Source: Vicugna vicugna
Taxonomy: Eukaryota
Direction: 5' to 3'
Assembly: GCA_013265495.1 (NCBI GenBank)
Contig: PNXW01001546.1
Location: 1-51,964, forward strand
DNA: 51,964 nucleotides
The notes beneath the pieces were generated by a model. It was given only the letters and a program-made list of their open reading frames with translations, did no database searches and was not told the DNA's origin. Shown here one piece after another: positions 12,826-26,100 of this stretch (positions within the stretch are counted from its first letter, which is position 1; the number at the start of each line of letters is the position of its first letter). A program made the position numbers and the translations under genes.

Positions 12826-14990
12826 TTGTTCTGATTCCCAAACCAGACAAATAAATCACCAGAACCAATATGTGTTAGAATATACATGCAAAATTCTCAA
12901 AATTTATTTAATCCAGCAACATATAAAAAGAATTATACATAATACCAAGTGAATTTTACTTCATGAATGCAAGGTTGGTTTAACCTTCAAAAAAGGCATT
13001 AAGTAAAAATCATATCAATAGACAAAATGACAAAAACCATAACATATCAAAAGAGAAAGAAAAATATTTCACAAAATTTTGTACCCTTTTATGATGAGAA
13101 AAACATGAGCGAGAGTAGGTATATAAGAGAACTTATGAAACTCAATAAAAGACACTTATAAAAAAAAAAGTCACAGCTAACATTATACTCAGTGGTGAAA
13201 AGACAGAAAATTTTCTTCCTAAGTTGAGATATAGATGAGAATATCTGCTCTTGCCACTACTAATCAACATTGTACTGAAAGTTCTAGTCAGATCAACTAG
13301 GCAAGATATGGAATGAAAGGCATTAAGTATGGAAAGGAAGAAGTGAAAAATGTACCTGTTTCTGCAGATGACATAATCTTGTATATAAAAAATCTTAAAG
13401 AGGCAACTGAAAAAAACTGTTAGAACTAATAAACAAGTTGGAAAGCCTGCAGGAAATAAGATTAATACATGTACATTGAATTTGTTTTGTACCTTTGCAA
13501 TGAACAACCCAAAAGGGAAATTTTGAAAACAATCTCATTTTAGTAGCATCAAAAAGAAAATACTTAGGAACACATTTAAGAAAAGAAGTACAATACTTAT
13601 ACTGAAAACTAAAATACATTGTTGAAAGATATTCAAGAAGGTAGAAGTAAATGGAAAGACATCTTGTGTTTATGGATCAGATGTCTTAATATTGTTAAAA
13701 TAGCAGTGCACCTCAAATTGATCTAAAAATGCAAGGTAATAACTATGAAAATCTCAGCTTGGTTCTTTGTAGAAACTGGCAAGTTGATCCTAAAACTCAT
13801 AGGGGCTCAAAACAGCCAATATAGTCTTGAATAAGAAGAATAAAGCAGGGGAACTCACACTTTGGATTTCAAAACCTATTTAAAAACTACAATAATCACA
13901 ACAATTTGATACCAGCACAAAGCTCAACATTATAGATCAATGGAAAACAGATGAGGTTCCTGAAATGTACCCTCTAATCGTGGGCAGTTGATTTTTTAAC
14001 AAGAAAGCCAGGTAATTTAAATGGGGGAAAGAATAGTCTCTTCAACAAATGGTGCTATGGCAGTGAGATATCCACATGCAAAATAATGATTTTGAACCCC
14101 TGCTCCAAACTGAAACAGAAGTTAACATATGTTAGATTAAATAGCTAGAGAGTGAAAGCTAAAGCTTTAAAACTCTTAGGAAAAGCATAGGTGTAAATAT
14201 TTGTGACATTGTATTGTGCAATTGTTGCTTAAATATGACACCAAGAACACAGGCAATATGTTAAACAAACTAGACTTCATCAACATTAAACTCTTTTTGC
14301 TTTAGAGGCTGCCATCAAGAAAGACAACCAATAGAGTGAGAGAAAATATATGGAAATCATAAAATTGAAAACGAACTTGTATGTAGAAAATAGAAAGGAC
14401 TCATAACTTAATAAAATCATAAATTACCCCATTATAAAAATGGCAAAGAATTCTGAATTGTCATTTCTCCAGAGAAGATGCAGGTCAATAGTTCATGACA
14501 AGATGCTCAACATTATTAGCCTAGGAAATCAGTGAAACCCACAGTAAGATACCACTTTACATGAAATATAAAGTTGTCATAAAAAGGCCAACAGTAACAA
14601 GTACTGTTGCTGATGTGGCGTTATTGGAAGCCTCACGCACTGATGTTGGGAATGTAAAATGGTGGAGCTACTTTGGAAAACAGTATAGCAGTTTCTGAAA
14701 ATGCTACACAAAGATTTGCCATTTATATGACCCAGCATTTCCACCTCAAGGTATATACACAAGAGAAATGAAAACATATGTCCATATACAAACTTATATG
14801 AATCTTCAGAGCAGCATTATTCATAATTGAAAAACTGGTTCTAACATTTGTATGAAAAAGCATAAGACAGAAACATTCAACAAAATACTGAAGAAGAAAA
14901 ATACAGTTGAAGGACTCACATTACTTGAATGCAAGCCAGACTGTAGAACTACAGTAATAAATACATCACGGTATTCTAGAAAGAGCAGAA
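12826..14990 (+). mobile_element. Old LINE-1 ORF2 RT to C-terminus (L1MB-L1MD-like)
   Basis: CTGATTCCCAAACCAGACAA; degenerate SADD (TCTGCAGATGAC at 13361); ORF2 C-terminal motifs. Confidence 0.8.
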
Positions 14991-15242
14991 TTTCTTTATT
15001 TTAAATTGAAATAAATATATTTTCTTACTGGACATTTTAATTTATTATTTGAATGTCCATTGATCCTTCTTTCTATTCAGTTGTTTGCTTTATTATACTA
15101 ATTGTAAGAGCTCTTTGTATAGTAAATGTGTTAAACTTCTTCTTCCCCTCATAAATGTTTTAAATATTTTTTCCTTATATTTTTATTTGACTGTTAACTC
15201 AGTTTATTATTATATAAAAGTTAAAAAAATTTACATAGTCAT

Positions 15243-15700
15243 TGTAAGAGGATCAAGTCAGGGAGAATTGAGACCTTGGCCACTAGTTAAAAAGAGAAAA
15301 TTTTAATTTAATTAACAATTCAAAAGGGTGGTAAAAGCAAAAAGTCAAATAGGGTACAGTAAAGCAACCCAAATACTACTAATGATGGGAAGCTCCAACA
15401 GGAATGAGTGGTGTTAACAGATGCCATGATTTCAGCCACCTGAGCAGTTTTCCTGCAGGAACTGTACTCAGTAAGAAGATGTAGCTTGTGTTGGAAACAC
15501 TGTGTATAGCAGAGAAAGAGGGAGAAATATTGTGGTTTCTTGTTCCCCACTCTCCAGCTTATCATTGCCTCCCATTTTCCAAGTCTAGCCAGAAATATTT
15601 GGAAATCTGAGAAATAGAGTTTACAGTGTTCATTGATTGTGAAACACAATACAGGAGAGGAAGTAGGGAAATGGATTGAGGGTAAACAGACAATAATTAA
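15243..15700 (-). mobile_element. Old solo LTR, ERVL type (LTR33-like)
   Basis: Reverse complement begins TGTCTGTTTACCCTCAATCCATTTCCC and ends ...CTCTTACA; subfamily recognised from memory only. Confidence 0.5.
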
Positions 15701-16249
15701 GAGAATTATATACATCAATTATTATGTTATGATTTCTAGATTTGGTGTTTTTGTAATAAGTCCTTTCCTCTCTGAAGATTACTTCTATTATTTATATTCT
15801 GTATTGATTCTTATATTTTCAGTTCACATGAAATATATTTTGGTATAAGGTGTATATAAAGATCCAATCTTATTTTTCAATGACATTTCAGTTTTCAAAA
15901 CACCACCATTCTCTATTGATTTGAAATTATACCTTTGTCATATTCTGAATTTTTAGGTAGTTTGTGTTTATTTCTGTACTTTTATTTGGTTTCTTATATC
16001 TCCTAGTATATCTTGATAATATACCATGTTGCTTTATTTTCACTTATTCTACAGTATTTAAAAGCTCAGCAAACATTTATTTTTCCAGATGATTCTTAGG
16101 ATATTTTTGTATAATGAAGAAAACATACGAGAATTAAAATAATTAGAAATTCATGAGGTGTATTTATTAATTTGGTACCCAACCAAAAGTCTAATTCCTA
16201 TTTATACTATTTAAATTGACTGCAGAGAAACAAATATAATCCTTTACAT

Positions 16250-16845
16250 CAGTAGACTAAAAAAGAAATCTTGTAATCATATCAACTGATCATAGCAAAT
16301 CTTTTCATTTCAAAAATTCCAACACTCATTTATGGTAAAAACCTCAAAAATTTGAGCAACTCACAAATAAATGAAGATTTCACAATGCACTCTCAATTAA
16401 TCAGTGGTTCAGAGAAGAAAGCACAAGGAAAGTATAAAATAGTTTGAGATAAGTGGAAATAATGTCACAACATATCTAAGTACATGGTATGAAGCTAAAG
16501 CAGTGCCAAGAGGGAAATTTATAGTATTCAACATCTATGTTATAGAGACAAAGATCTGAAATAAATAGCTTAAAACTCTACCTAAAGGAATATAAGAGGA
16601 AACTAAAAATAAAGCAAGAAAGAGAAAGAAATTATAAATATTAGAGGTGAAAATAATGAAACAGAGAATAGAAAACAGTAGTGAGAAGTAACATGCCCAA
16701 AGACTGGCTCTTTAAGAAGCTTAATAACAGCCTTTAATTAAACTACCAAGAACAAAACAGAGAAGACAAATTAATAAATTCAGAAATGAGAGGACTTTAC
16801 TGTGTCAAATGTACAGAAATACCATGGATTATAAGAAATACAATG
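16250..16845 (+). mobile_element. Old LINE-1 ORF2 fragments
   Basis: AAAATTCCAACACTCATTTATGGTAAAAACC; GCTAAAGCAGTGCCAAGAGGGAAATTTATAG. Confidence 0.65.
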
Positions 16846-16850
16846 TGTGT

Positions 16851-19800
16851 GGAAGCCAAGATGTCAGAGTAGAAGGAGCTGGAGCTCACCTCCTCTCATG
16901 AATATACCAAAATCATAACTAATTGCAGAACAACTATTGATAAAAAGACTGGAACCTACCAGAAAAGTTCTTCCATAACTAAAGACATAAAGAAGAAAAC
17001 ACAACAAAAGGGGTAGGAGAGGCAAACTCAATCAAATCTTATTCACCCCAGGTGTGTGACCCACAAATTGGAGAATGTATTGCAGAGAGTGTCCAACAGA
17101 AGTGAGAGTTCTGAGCCCCACATCAGGCTCCCCAGCTTAGGGGGCTAGCACCAGGAAGGGAGCCTCTAGAGTATTTGGCTTTGAAGTCCAGCAGGGCTTA
17201 ATTGCAGGAGCTCCACAGGACTGGGGGAAAAAGAGATTTCCCTCTTAAAGGATGCATGCAAAATCTCATGCTTACTGGAATCAAGGGCAAAAGCAGTAAT
17301 TTCATAGGAGTCTGGGCCAGATCTACCTGCTAGTCTTGGAGGGTCTCCTGGAGAGGTTGGAGGGGGCAGCTGTGGCTCACCCTGGGGACATAAAAACTGG
17401 CAGAGGATATATCAGGGAGTATTCATCTGCATGAACCCCCCTTCCTGGAGGCAGACATTGCTTGGATCATTAGCACCAAGCCCCGACCCTACCCAAAAGC
17501 CCGTAGGATACAGTACGGAGATGCCTCAGGCCAAACAACTAACTAGATGGGGACAGAGCCCCACCAATCAGTAGACAGGCTGCCTAGAGACTTCCTGAGC
17601 TCATGACTGCCTCTAGATATGCCCCTAGACACAGCCCTGCCCACCAGATGGCCAGTACCAGCTCCACCCTCCAGCAGGAAGCTATCAGCCCCTCCTGCCA
17701 GGAAACCTGTGCAAGCCTCTAGACCAGCCTCACCCACTGGAAGGCAGACACCAGAATCAAGAAAAGAACAATCCTGCAGCCTGTGGAATGAGTCCACAAA
17801 GGCAGGCCAGACTCTACCCTGGGACCAACTGGCCCCTGGCCCTTGGGCTCAGTCTCCTAAGATTGAACCAAGAAGAAATAGAAAATAGGAACATATCAAT
17901 TACCAGTACTGAAACTGAATCAGTAATTTAAAAAACGCCCAACAAACTAAAGTCCAGGACCAGACAGCTTCATGAGTGAATTCATTCAAACAATTAGAGG
18001 AGACTTAATGCCTGTCCTTCTAAAGTATTCCAAAAAAATTGCAAAGGAATGAACACTTCCAAACTCATTCTATGAGACCACCATCACCCTCATACCAAAA
18101 TTAGACAAAATTACAGGTCAGTATCACTGATGAACATAGATGCAAAAATCTTCAGCAAAATACTAGCAAACTCAATCCAACAATACAGTAAAATGAATAT
18201 ACACCATCACAAATTGGGATTTAGCCGACAGATGTAAGAATTTCTCAATATCTTCAAAACAATCAATGTGATATACCACATTAACAAATTGAAGAATAAA
18301 AACCACATGGTCATCTCAATAGATGCAGAAAAAGCTTTTGATAAAATTCAACATCCATTTATGATAAAAACTCTCCAGAAATGGCATAGAGGGAACAGAC
18401 TTCAACGTAATAAAGGCCATGCATGACAAACCCACAGGTAACATCATACTCCATGGTGAAAGCTGAAAGCCTTCCTTCTAAGATCAGGAATAAGACAAGG
18501 ATGCTCACTCTCACCACTTTTATTCAACATAATTTTGGCAGCCATAGACATCACAATCAGAAGAGAAAGAGAAATTTTTTAAAATCCAAATTAGAAAAGA
18601 AGTAAAACTGTCACTGTTGGTAGATGACATGATACTATACATAGAAAATCCTAAGGACACTACCAGAGAACTACTAGAGCTCATCAATGAATTTGGTAAA
18701 GTTGCAGGATACAAAATTGATCTACAGAAATCGGTTGCATTCTATGCACTAACAACAAAATATCAGACAAAGAAATTATGGAAACAATTCCAGTTACCAT
18801 CACATAAAAAAAACCCCAAAAAAACCCCTAAAAACCCCCGAAAAAACAAACGCCTAGGAGTAATCCTACCTAAGGAGTCAAGAGACCTATACTCCAAAAA
18901 TGGTAAGACACTGGTAAAGGAAATTGAAGATGATGGAAACAGATGGAGAGATATACCATGTTCTTGGATTGGGAGAATCAATATCATTTAAATGACCATG
19001 CTGCGTAGGGCAATCTACAGATTCAGTGTAATCCTTATCAAATTATCAGTGGCATTTTTCACAGAACTAGAAAAGAAAAATTTAACATTTGTATGGAAAC
19101 TTAGAGGACCCTGGATAGCCAAAACAACCCTGAGAAAGAAGAATGAAGCTGGAGAAAGCATGCTCCCTGACTTCAGATTCTACTACAAAGTTACAGTAAT
19201 CAAAACCAGTATGGTAGTGGCACAAAAACAGACACATGGAACAAGATAGAAAGCCCGAAAACAAACCCAAGCACTTATGGTCAATCTATGATAAAGAAGG
19301 TAAGAATATACAATGAAGAAAAGACAGTCTCTTCAATAAGTGGTGCTGAAAAAACTAGACAGCTACAGGTAAAAGGATGAACTTAGAATTATCTCTAACA
19401 TGATACACAAAAATAAACTGAAAAAAATTACATATCTAAATGTAACACTGGATACTCTAAAACTAGAGAAAAACATAAGCAGAACACTTTTTGACAAAAA
19501 TAAATCAAAGCAATATTTTTTTTTGATCCATCTACTGGAGTAATGGAAATAAAAGCAAAAATAAGCAAATGGGACCTGATTAAACTTAAAAGCTTTTGCA
19601 CAGCAAAGGAAACCATAAACAAAATGAAAAGACAACCTGAAAGAATGGGAGAAAATACTTGCAATTAGACTGACATGGGGTTAATTTCCAAAATATACAA
19701 ACAAGTCATATAGTTTAATACCAAAAAACCAAACAACCAAATCAAAAAATGTGCAGAGGACTAAATAAACGTTTCTCCAACAATGACATACAGATGCCAA

Positions 19801-20680
19801 CAGGCACATTAAAAGATGCTCAACATTGCTCATTATTAGAGACATGGAAATCAAAACTACAATGAGGTATCACCTCACACCAGTCAAAATAGCCATCATT
19901 CAAAAGTCCACAAATGATAAATGCTGGAGAGGGTGTGGAGGAAAAGGAACCCTCCTACACTGTTGGTCAGGATGTAAGTTTGTGCAGCCACTATGGAGAG
20001 CACTACAGAAGTTTCTTAAAAAACTAAAAATAGAGTTACCATATGATCCAACAAACCCACTCCTGGGCATATATATGGCGAAATCTCTAATTCAAAAAGA
20101 ACATTCACCCCAATATTCACAGCAGCACTGTTTACAATAACCAAGACATGGAAGCAACCTAAATGTCCATGGAGGAGATGAATGGATAAAGAAAATATGG
20201 TATATTTATATACAATGGAATATTACTCAGCCATGAAAAGAATGCAAAAATCCCCTTGCAGCAACATGGATGGAACTACAGATTATCATATTAAATGAAT
20301 TCAGTCACACAGAGAAAGACAAATATCATATGATATCCCTTCTATGCAGAATCTTAAAAAATTATACAAATGAACTTACTTACAAACCAGAAATAGGCCC
20401 ACAGACACCAAAAACAAACTTATGATTACCAAAGGGAAAAATGTGGTCAAGGGATAAATTAGGAGTTTGGGATTAATATATGCACACTACCATATATAAA
20501 ATAGTTCAACAACAAGAATCTGCTGTGTAGTACAGGGAATTGTATTCAATATCTTGTAATAACCTATAAAGGAAGCAAATCTGAAAAAGAATACATATTT
20601 ATAAATCTGAATCTCTGCTATACACTGAAACTAACAGAACATTGTAAATCAACTATACTTCAGTTAAAAAAAAAAGAAAG
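16851..20680 (+). mobile_element. LINE-1 with ~1 kb 5'UTR and 3' half, ORF1 and endonuclease deleted
   Basis: 5' end GGAAGCCAAGATGTCAGAGTAG; jump at ~17850 into ORF2 (AAGATTGAACCAAGAAGAAATAG); ORFs 18617-18991 (xVDD...[13 protein letters not shown]), 18992-19249 and 19826-20140; poly-A at 20666-20679. Confidence 0.92.
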
Positions 20681-21640
20681 TGAAAGACAAGCAATAGAAT
20701 AGGAGAAAATATATGGAAATCAATATTTGAAAATGATCTAGTATCAAGCAAATATAAAGAACAATTACAACTTAATAATAAAGTAACAAATTACTCTTTT
20801 GTAAAAAGGCAAAGGATCCTGAAGTCATTTCTCCAAATAAGATAGAGTCTAAGTACATGACAAGATGCTCCACATTAGTAGCCATTCAGGAAATCAGTCT
20901 AAATGACAATGACATTCCACTTTGCATAAACTATAATGGCTGTAATAAAAAAAGATAGACAATAACAAGTGCTGCTGCTGCTGTAGCAAATTGGAACACT
21001 CATGCACTGCTGTTGGGAGTACTAAAATAATACAGCTACTTTGGAAAACAGTCTAGTAGTTCTTCAAAGACAAAACAGAGTTACCATATGATTCAAGAAT
21101 TCCTCTCCTAGCTAAAATCTAAAGAGTAATGAAAAAATATGCACAAGCACAAATCTACATGAATGTGCAAACAGTACCATTTATATTTGGCAAACTGTTT
21201 CTAAAGTTTATGTGGAAAGGCACAAGACTTGAATAGCCAACAAAACAATGAATAAGAAGAATAAAGTTGGAGGACTCAAACTACATGATTTCAAGACTAA
21301 TTACAGAACTACAGAAATCAAGACAGCATGGTATTTCTGAAAGAATAGACACAGAGGTGAAAGAAAGAATGAAGAGCCCAGAATAAAGCCACACAAATGT
21401 ATTTGATCTTTGACAAAGAAGCAAAGGCAATTCAATAAAGAATGGACTTTCAAAAAATATGTCCTGGAACAAATTTGTGTCCATATGCAAAAAACCTAGA
21501 CATAGACCTTACACATTTTGCAGAAAACAACCAAAATAGGTTACAGATCTAAATGTAAAACTCAAAACTATCAACCTAAAAGAAAACATGGGAGAATGTT
21601 TAGGTGGGCTAATTGGGAAAAATTTTAATGTGAACTTCAT
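20681..21640 (+). mobile_element. Old LINE-1 ORF2/3' fragment, paralogous to 14320-14990
   Basis: Collinear with 14320-14990, including the same internal junction. Confidence 0.75.
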
Positions 21641-21831
21641 ATTGATTATTGTTAAATTTCTTGGTGATGATAATGACACTAAGACTGAATCAAATGTTAC
21701 TAGTGTAACTAAATATACCCTGACACAATGTGACCTCAAGAGTAATTATTTAGTTCACCCTTGATAGACCTAGTAGCTTAGATTTTAGAATGCATTTTAC
21801 ATTTTAGCAGAATCTCTCCTTTCCGGACTTG

Positions 21832-21837
21832 TTTATT
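21832..21837 (-). terminator. Candidate polyadenylation signal (AATAAA) for the OR gene
   Basis: TTTATT on the + strand, about 145 nt downstream of the OR stop codon. Confidence 0.35.
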
Positions 21838-21982
21838 TGACTCATACACCATTATGTTTTAGTAATTTAATATTTTATACACATAGTGGCCATTTTCCAC
21901 TTTCTCAGTATTCCTTGATTTTGAAAAATTTTAATCAAATTAAAATCAGTTGACTACAAGGCTTGACATTTGTTTCAGAGTC

Positions 21983-22909
21983 TTATAACTTCTTCCTAAT
22001 TTTTTTCATAACATTTATTACTTCCTTATTCCTTAGGCTATAAATAAAAGGGTTCAATAAAGGAATCACTAGAGTATAAAAAATAGCAACGGGTATATCT
22101 TTATCATTTTCATTAACTGAATTTGGTCGAATGTACATGAAGAGAAGCGAACCATAGAATATTGAGACAGAGAGAAAGTGAGATGTACAAGTAGATAAGG
22201 CTTTCCCTTTTCCCTCTTTGGATTTCATTTTGAAAATTGTGAAAAGGATGAAAAGGTAAGAAATTATTTCTATAGTAATAGAGAAGGTTTGAACAGATCC
22301 TGAAAAGGTAAATATCATCAATTCATTGATACAAGGATCAACACAGGAGAGTCTGTATAATGGAAGAACATCACAAAAAAAGTGATTGATTTGATGAGAC
22401 CCACAGAACCTTAACCTAAATAGAAGGCCTATGTGAATTATGGAGTGCAGGTTTCCAGCTATGTAGGCCCCTGTGGTCATCTGAATGCAGAGTTTCTTTG
22501 ACATCATGGTGTGGTACTGCAGTGGGTTACATGTGGCCACAAAACGATCATAGGCCATTGATGCCAGGAGAAAGCAATCTGCAGTTTCAGCAAGGCAGAG
22601 AAAGTAAAATTGTGCCATGCATTCATAGAGAGAAATCATTCTGTTCTTGGAAAAGAAGTTCTCTAACAACTTGGGAGTAATGGCACAGGAACAGCAGGAA
22701 TCCATCAGAGCAAGGTTACCAAGAAAGATATACATTGGTGTGTGAAGACGACTTTCCATAAATATCAATGTGACCAGGCCAAGATTCCCCAACATGGTGA
22801 TCAGATAGATGGTAAGGAACACCAGAAACAGAAGAGTCTTCAGCTCTGGGTGATCTGTGAATCCTGTGAGGATAAACTCTGTTGTCAAGGAGTGGTTATC
22901 CTCTGTCAT
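21983..22909 (-). CDS. Olfactory receptor, class II, OR5K subfamily (OR5K3/OR5K4-like), 308 aa, single coding exon
   Basis: Intact ORF with OR motifs: NHS glycosylation site, [51 protein letters not shown]5K-type segments [30 protein letters not shown] and [15 protein letters not shown]. The exact orthologue cannot be assigned. Confidence 0.96.
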   Translation of the reverse strand: MTEDNHSLTTEFILTGFTDHPELKTLLFLVFLTIYLITMLGNLGLVTLIFMESRLHTPMYIFLGNLALMDSCCSCAITPKLLENFFSKNRMISLYECMAQFYFLCLAETADCFLLASMAYDRFVATCNPLQYHTMMSKKLCIQMTTGAYIAGNLHSIIHIGLLFRLRFCGSHQINHFFCDVLPLYRLSCVDPCINELMIFTFSGSVQTFSITIEIISYLFILFTIFKMKSKEGKGKALSTCTSHFLSVSIFYGSLLFMYIRPNSVNENDKDIPVAIFYTLVIPLLNPFIYSLRNKEVINVMKKIRKKL

Positions 22910-22920
22910 CTCTGTCTTGT

Positions 22921-22960
22921 CTGTTGAGATAGGAATTATGGAGACATAAGGTTCTAATTT
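22921..22960 (-). promoter_or_regulatory. Splice acceptor of the OR coding exon
   Basis: Reverse complement ...CTTATGTCTCCATAATTCCTATCTCAACAG|ACAAGACAGAG-ATG; AG at 22922-22921, 11 nt before the ATG. Confidence 0.7.
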
Positions 22961-23865
22961 AGAATGTAGTTAACTTTTCCTTTAAAATTTCCTTTTTAAA
23001 TAAGAAGGGAGATTGTTATCAAGCTTCTTCTACTACTCTCTCTGATACAGGCACACAGACTTCTAGGGGACATTCGTTATAACATAAGGGCTTCTATGAC
23101 TTCAAGTCTGAAACTGAATTCCCAAGACTGTTTTGATAATTACAGGGAGGATGCTTGCAGTGGAAAAGGTTTGTTTTTATGAATTTATATAAATATATTT
23201 GACATATTTGTGAATAAATTTAGGATACTTAGGTTTATTTCAGTTGCCCACATAATTTCAGTGTCAATTTTTATTTTAAAGATCCTTAAAATGAACTTAA
23301 AGTCAACTTTTCATACATATAAACTTTTTCATTGAACAATAAGTTCTCATATACTTTCCCAGTTGAGTGACTATTTAAAAATAGCATACAATAGATATGT
23401 TAAATTTATATCAAGACTTGTTTGAAGATTACTAAGGATTAATGAAAGGGCTATTCAGTTTTAAGGAGAGTAAACTTAGAAAGCTAAGTAATTGAATATT
23501 TGATCATGACCTCTTTATCCTTATTGTCATACCCATTTCTATAAACACTGACTCTGTTCACATCATTATTCCTGTTGATTTCTTGCCCATATATGTGAAT
23601 TCTTTCCTCCTTTATCTAAAGCATTGCATAATAATGCTACTTAATGAAATTAAATGTATGCCTCTGATTACACTGATTTCCACTTTCTAGACTCTCATCT
23701 TATATACCCAACACAATCTACCATGACTTATGTCTAATCTACATTGCATTTTTTTTCATACATGGACACAATTTCCTTATTGTACATTAGGCATTTTGAG
23801 CTTAGCTATAACTTATAACAGCTGTACATGCTCTGGAGAAAAAGCAGTATTGATTCCAGTCTTAC

Positions 23866-24003
23866 CTTCCCCCCAGTGACCTGGGATGGATGAGCTTGTT
23901 TACAGGGTCATACCAATGACTGTTAATGACTTCTTTGGTGGTCCCACCAGTGATCCTTAGTGACCTCTTCTGCAAACTGAGTCTTTTAATTTTGAATAAG
24001 AGT
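23866..24003 (-). other. Candidate non-coding 5'UTR exon of the OR
   Basis: Reverse complement acceptor TATCTTTGCAG| and donor AAG|GTAAGA. Confidence 0.35.
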
Positions 24004-24044
24004 CTGCAAAGATAATTATTCAAAACTCATCATTAAAAATTTAA

Positions 24045-25065
24045 GGATTAGTATCCAAATATGTAAGGAACACATACAACTCAGTAATAAAAGTACAAAA
24101 CATTCAGATTAAAAAATGGGCTAAGGAACTAAAAGGACATTTTCCCAAAAGACCTCCAAATGGCCAACAGACACATGAAAAGATGTTCAACATCCCTAAT
24201 CATTAGGGAAATGCAAATCAAAACCATGAGATATCACCTCACATGTGTCAGAATGCCTATCCTCAAGAAGGTAAGAGATAAATATTGCCAAGAATGTGAT
24301 GAATAGAGAATGTGAAGGAAATACTGTTGGTGGGAATGTAAATTGGTTTAGCCACTATGGATACCAGTACGAAGTTTTCTCAAATAACTAAAAATAGTAC
24401 TGACATATGATCCTGCAAGGTCCACTTCTGCAATACTCAAAGGAAATGAAAACAGGTTATCATTGAGATATATGCACTCCTGTATATTTATAGCAGCATT
24501 ATTTACAATAGCTAAGATATAGAAACACCTCAGTGCCTGTCAAAGGATGAATGGATAAAAAGGAATGGACATTCAGCCTTCAGAAAGGATATCCTAACAT
24601 TTGCAACAACATGGATTAACCTTGAGGACATTATGCTAAGAGAGATGTCAGAGAAAGACAAATACTGTAAGATAAGATACGACTTACGTGTACATCTGAA
24701 AAAGCCAAACTCATTAAAATATAATAAAATAGTGGTTACCAGGGGCTGGGTGGTAGGGAAGTAAGAGAGAGACTGTTTAAGGGTACAAACCTGCAACAGG
24801 TAGGTAAATAAGTCTTGAAGACCTAATACACACAAAGTAAATATAAACAACAATATTTTATTATAATCATTATAACTGGTAAGAAACTACCAGTTTTAAT
24901 TGTTCCCACCACAAAAAAGAAGTGACAATTAAATGATGTGATAGAATGCCAACTCATGCTACAATGGCAATCCTATTACTTTATACAAATGTATAACATC
25001 AACATGTTATATATCTTAAACTTACACAGTGTTATATGTCAAATATATTTCAATAATATACATAT
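24045..25065 (+). mobile_element. LINE-1 3' end (L1MA-like) in the OR 5' intron
   Basis: CACATGAAAAGATGTTCAACATCCCTAATCATTAGGGAAATGCAAATCAAAACC; 3'UTR ending GTTATATGTCAAATATATTTCAATAA. Confidence 0.85.
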
Positions 25066-25531
25066 ATTTTAATACAAAATTTAATTATCTTTCTTTTATC
25101 TGAGTTGTCTCATCTACTATTTTTATGTTTCTAAGAAAATTATGTGAGTTTCTGAAGTATTTCACAGTAGATTAAAAGCTAATAAAAGTAAACTTACCAT
25201 TATACCTTAGTTTTCTAACACTTAGAAAAAGAGAAAATCCTTTAAATCTTAATAAAAATTTTTGTGTACAAATTCCATTTTGCTTTAAATGGCTGTCTTC
25301 TACCATTATTTAGTAATCCATAGGAATATTGACTGATGTGTCTAATCATATGAATTCTATGTATAAAATGAGTTTATTTTTCCATAATCACATATTAAAA
25401 TAAAGATATTGGTTGAAAATTTTATTTGTTTAAAATATTAAATATTAGCCCATTAATTATTCAGCTATGCTTAGAAAAAAATTCACTGTTAAGTTTCTGA
25501 ATTATTTAACAGATTTACTTTATATTCTTAC

Positions 25532-25630
25532 CTGTATATTTTGATGTTCTACCTCAATCAGAAAAGGTCAATGTGAATTGAATTTTCAGTCTTATCCTAG
25601 TTTCTCCATAGCCTTCAGTTTTGGGAAGAG
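25532..25630 (-). other. Candidate non-coding 5'UTR exon of the OR (99 nt)
   Basis: Reverse complement acceptor GTTATCTTTCTAG| and strong donor CAG|GTAAGA. Confidence 0.5.
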
Positions 25631-25751
25631 CTAGAAAGATAACTGAGTAGTTGAAATCTAACAACAGCAAACAATGCTTAAAACTTCATATAAATAAGTA
25701 TTAATGAATATTTATATTAAGAGTAAAAATAGATTAGGATACTTCCCTTAC

Positions 25752-26100
25752 CTAGATTTGTAACACCTCATGTTTGCTTTGTTGTGTTAGATCTCATAGA
25801 ATTTCAGATATAAACCTTGGTCTCTAAAGCATTTGGGATTAAAAGAATTTTTGAAAACATGGACAAATAGGTCAGAATCAATAACTCTGTTCCTCTCAAT
25901 GCAAAGTTAAAAATCACTGTTAAGTCCTAAGGGATTTTCCTGCACTGACATCACTATATTTCTGTGTGGGGATTTAGTCACCAACACACATAAGGATGCC
26001 CCATGAGACAGGTTAAAGCAAACTACCTTCACTAAGGTCATTTGATGATCACCTGCTGGTTATTATGTAACTGACCTCATTTTTAATTCTGTTAATTATT
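25752..26100 (-). promoter_or_regulatory. Candidate OR first exon and promoter with O/E (EBF) and homeodomain-like sites
   Basis: Donor TAG|GTAAGG at 25751; O/E-like TCCTAAGGGA at 25925-25934 and TCTCATGGGG (rc of 25999-26008); TTAATT cores near 26083-26098. Confidence 0.5.

Noticed and set aside
22498..22927. Short + strand ORFs overlapping the OR
   Set aside because: Antisense shadows of the OR CDS with no independent support.
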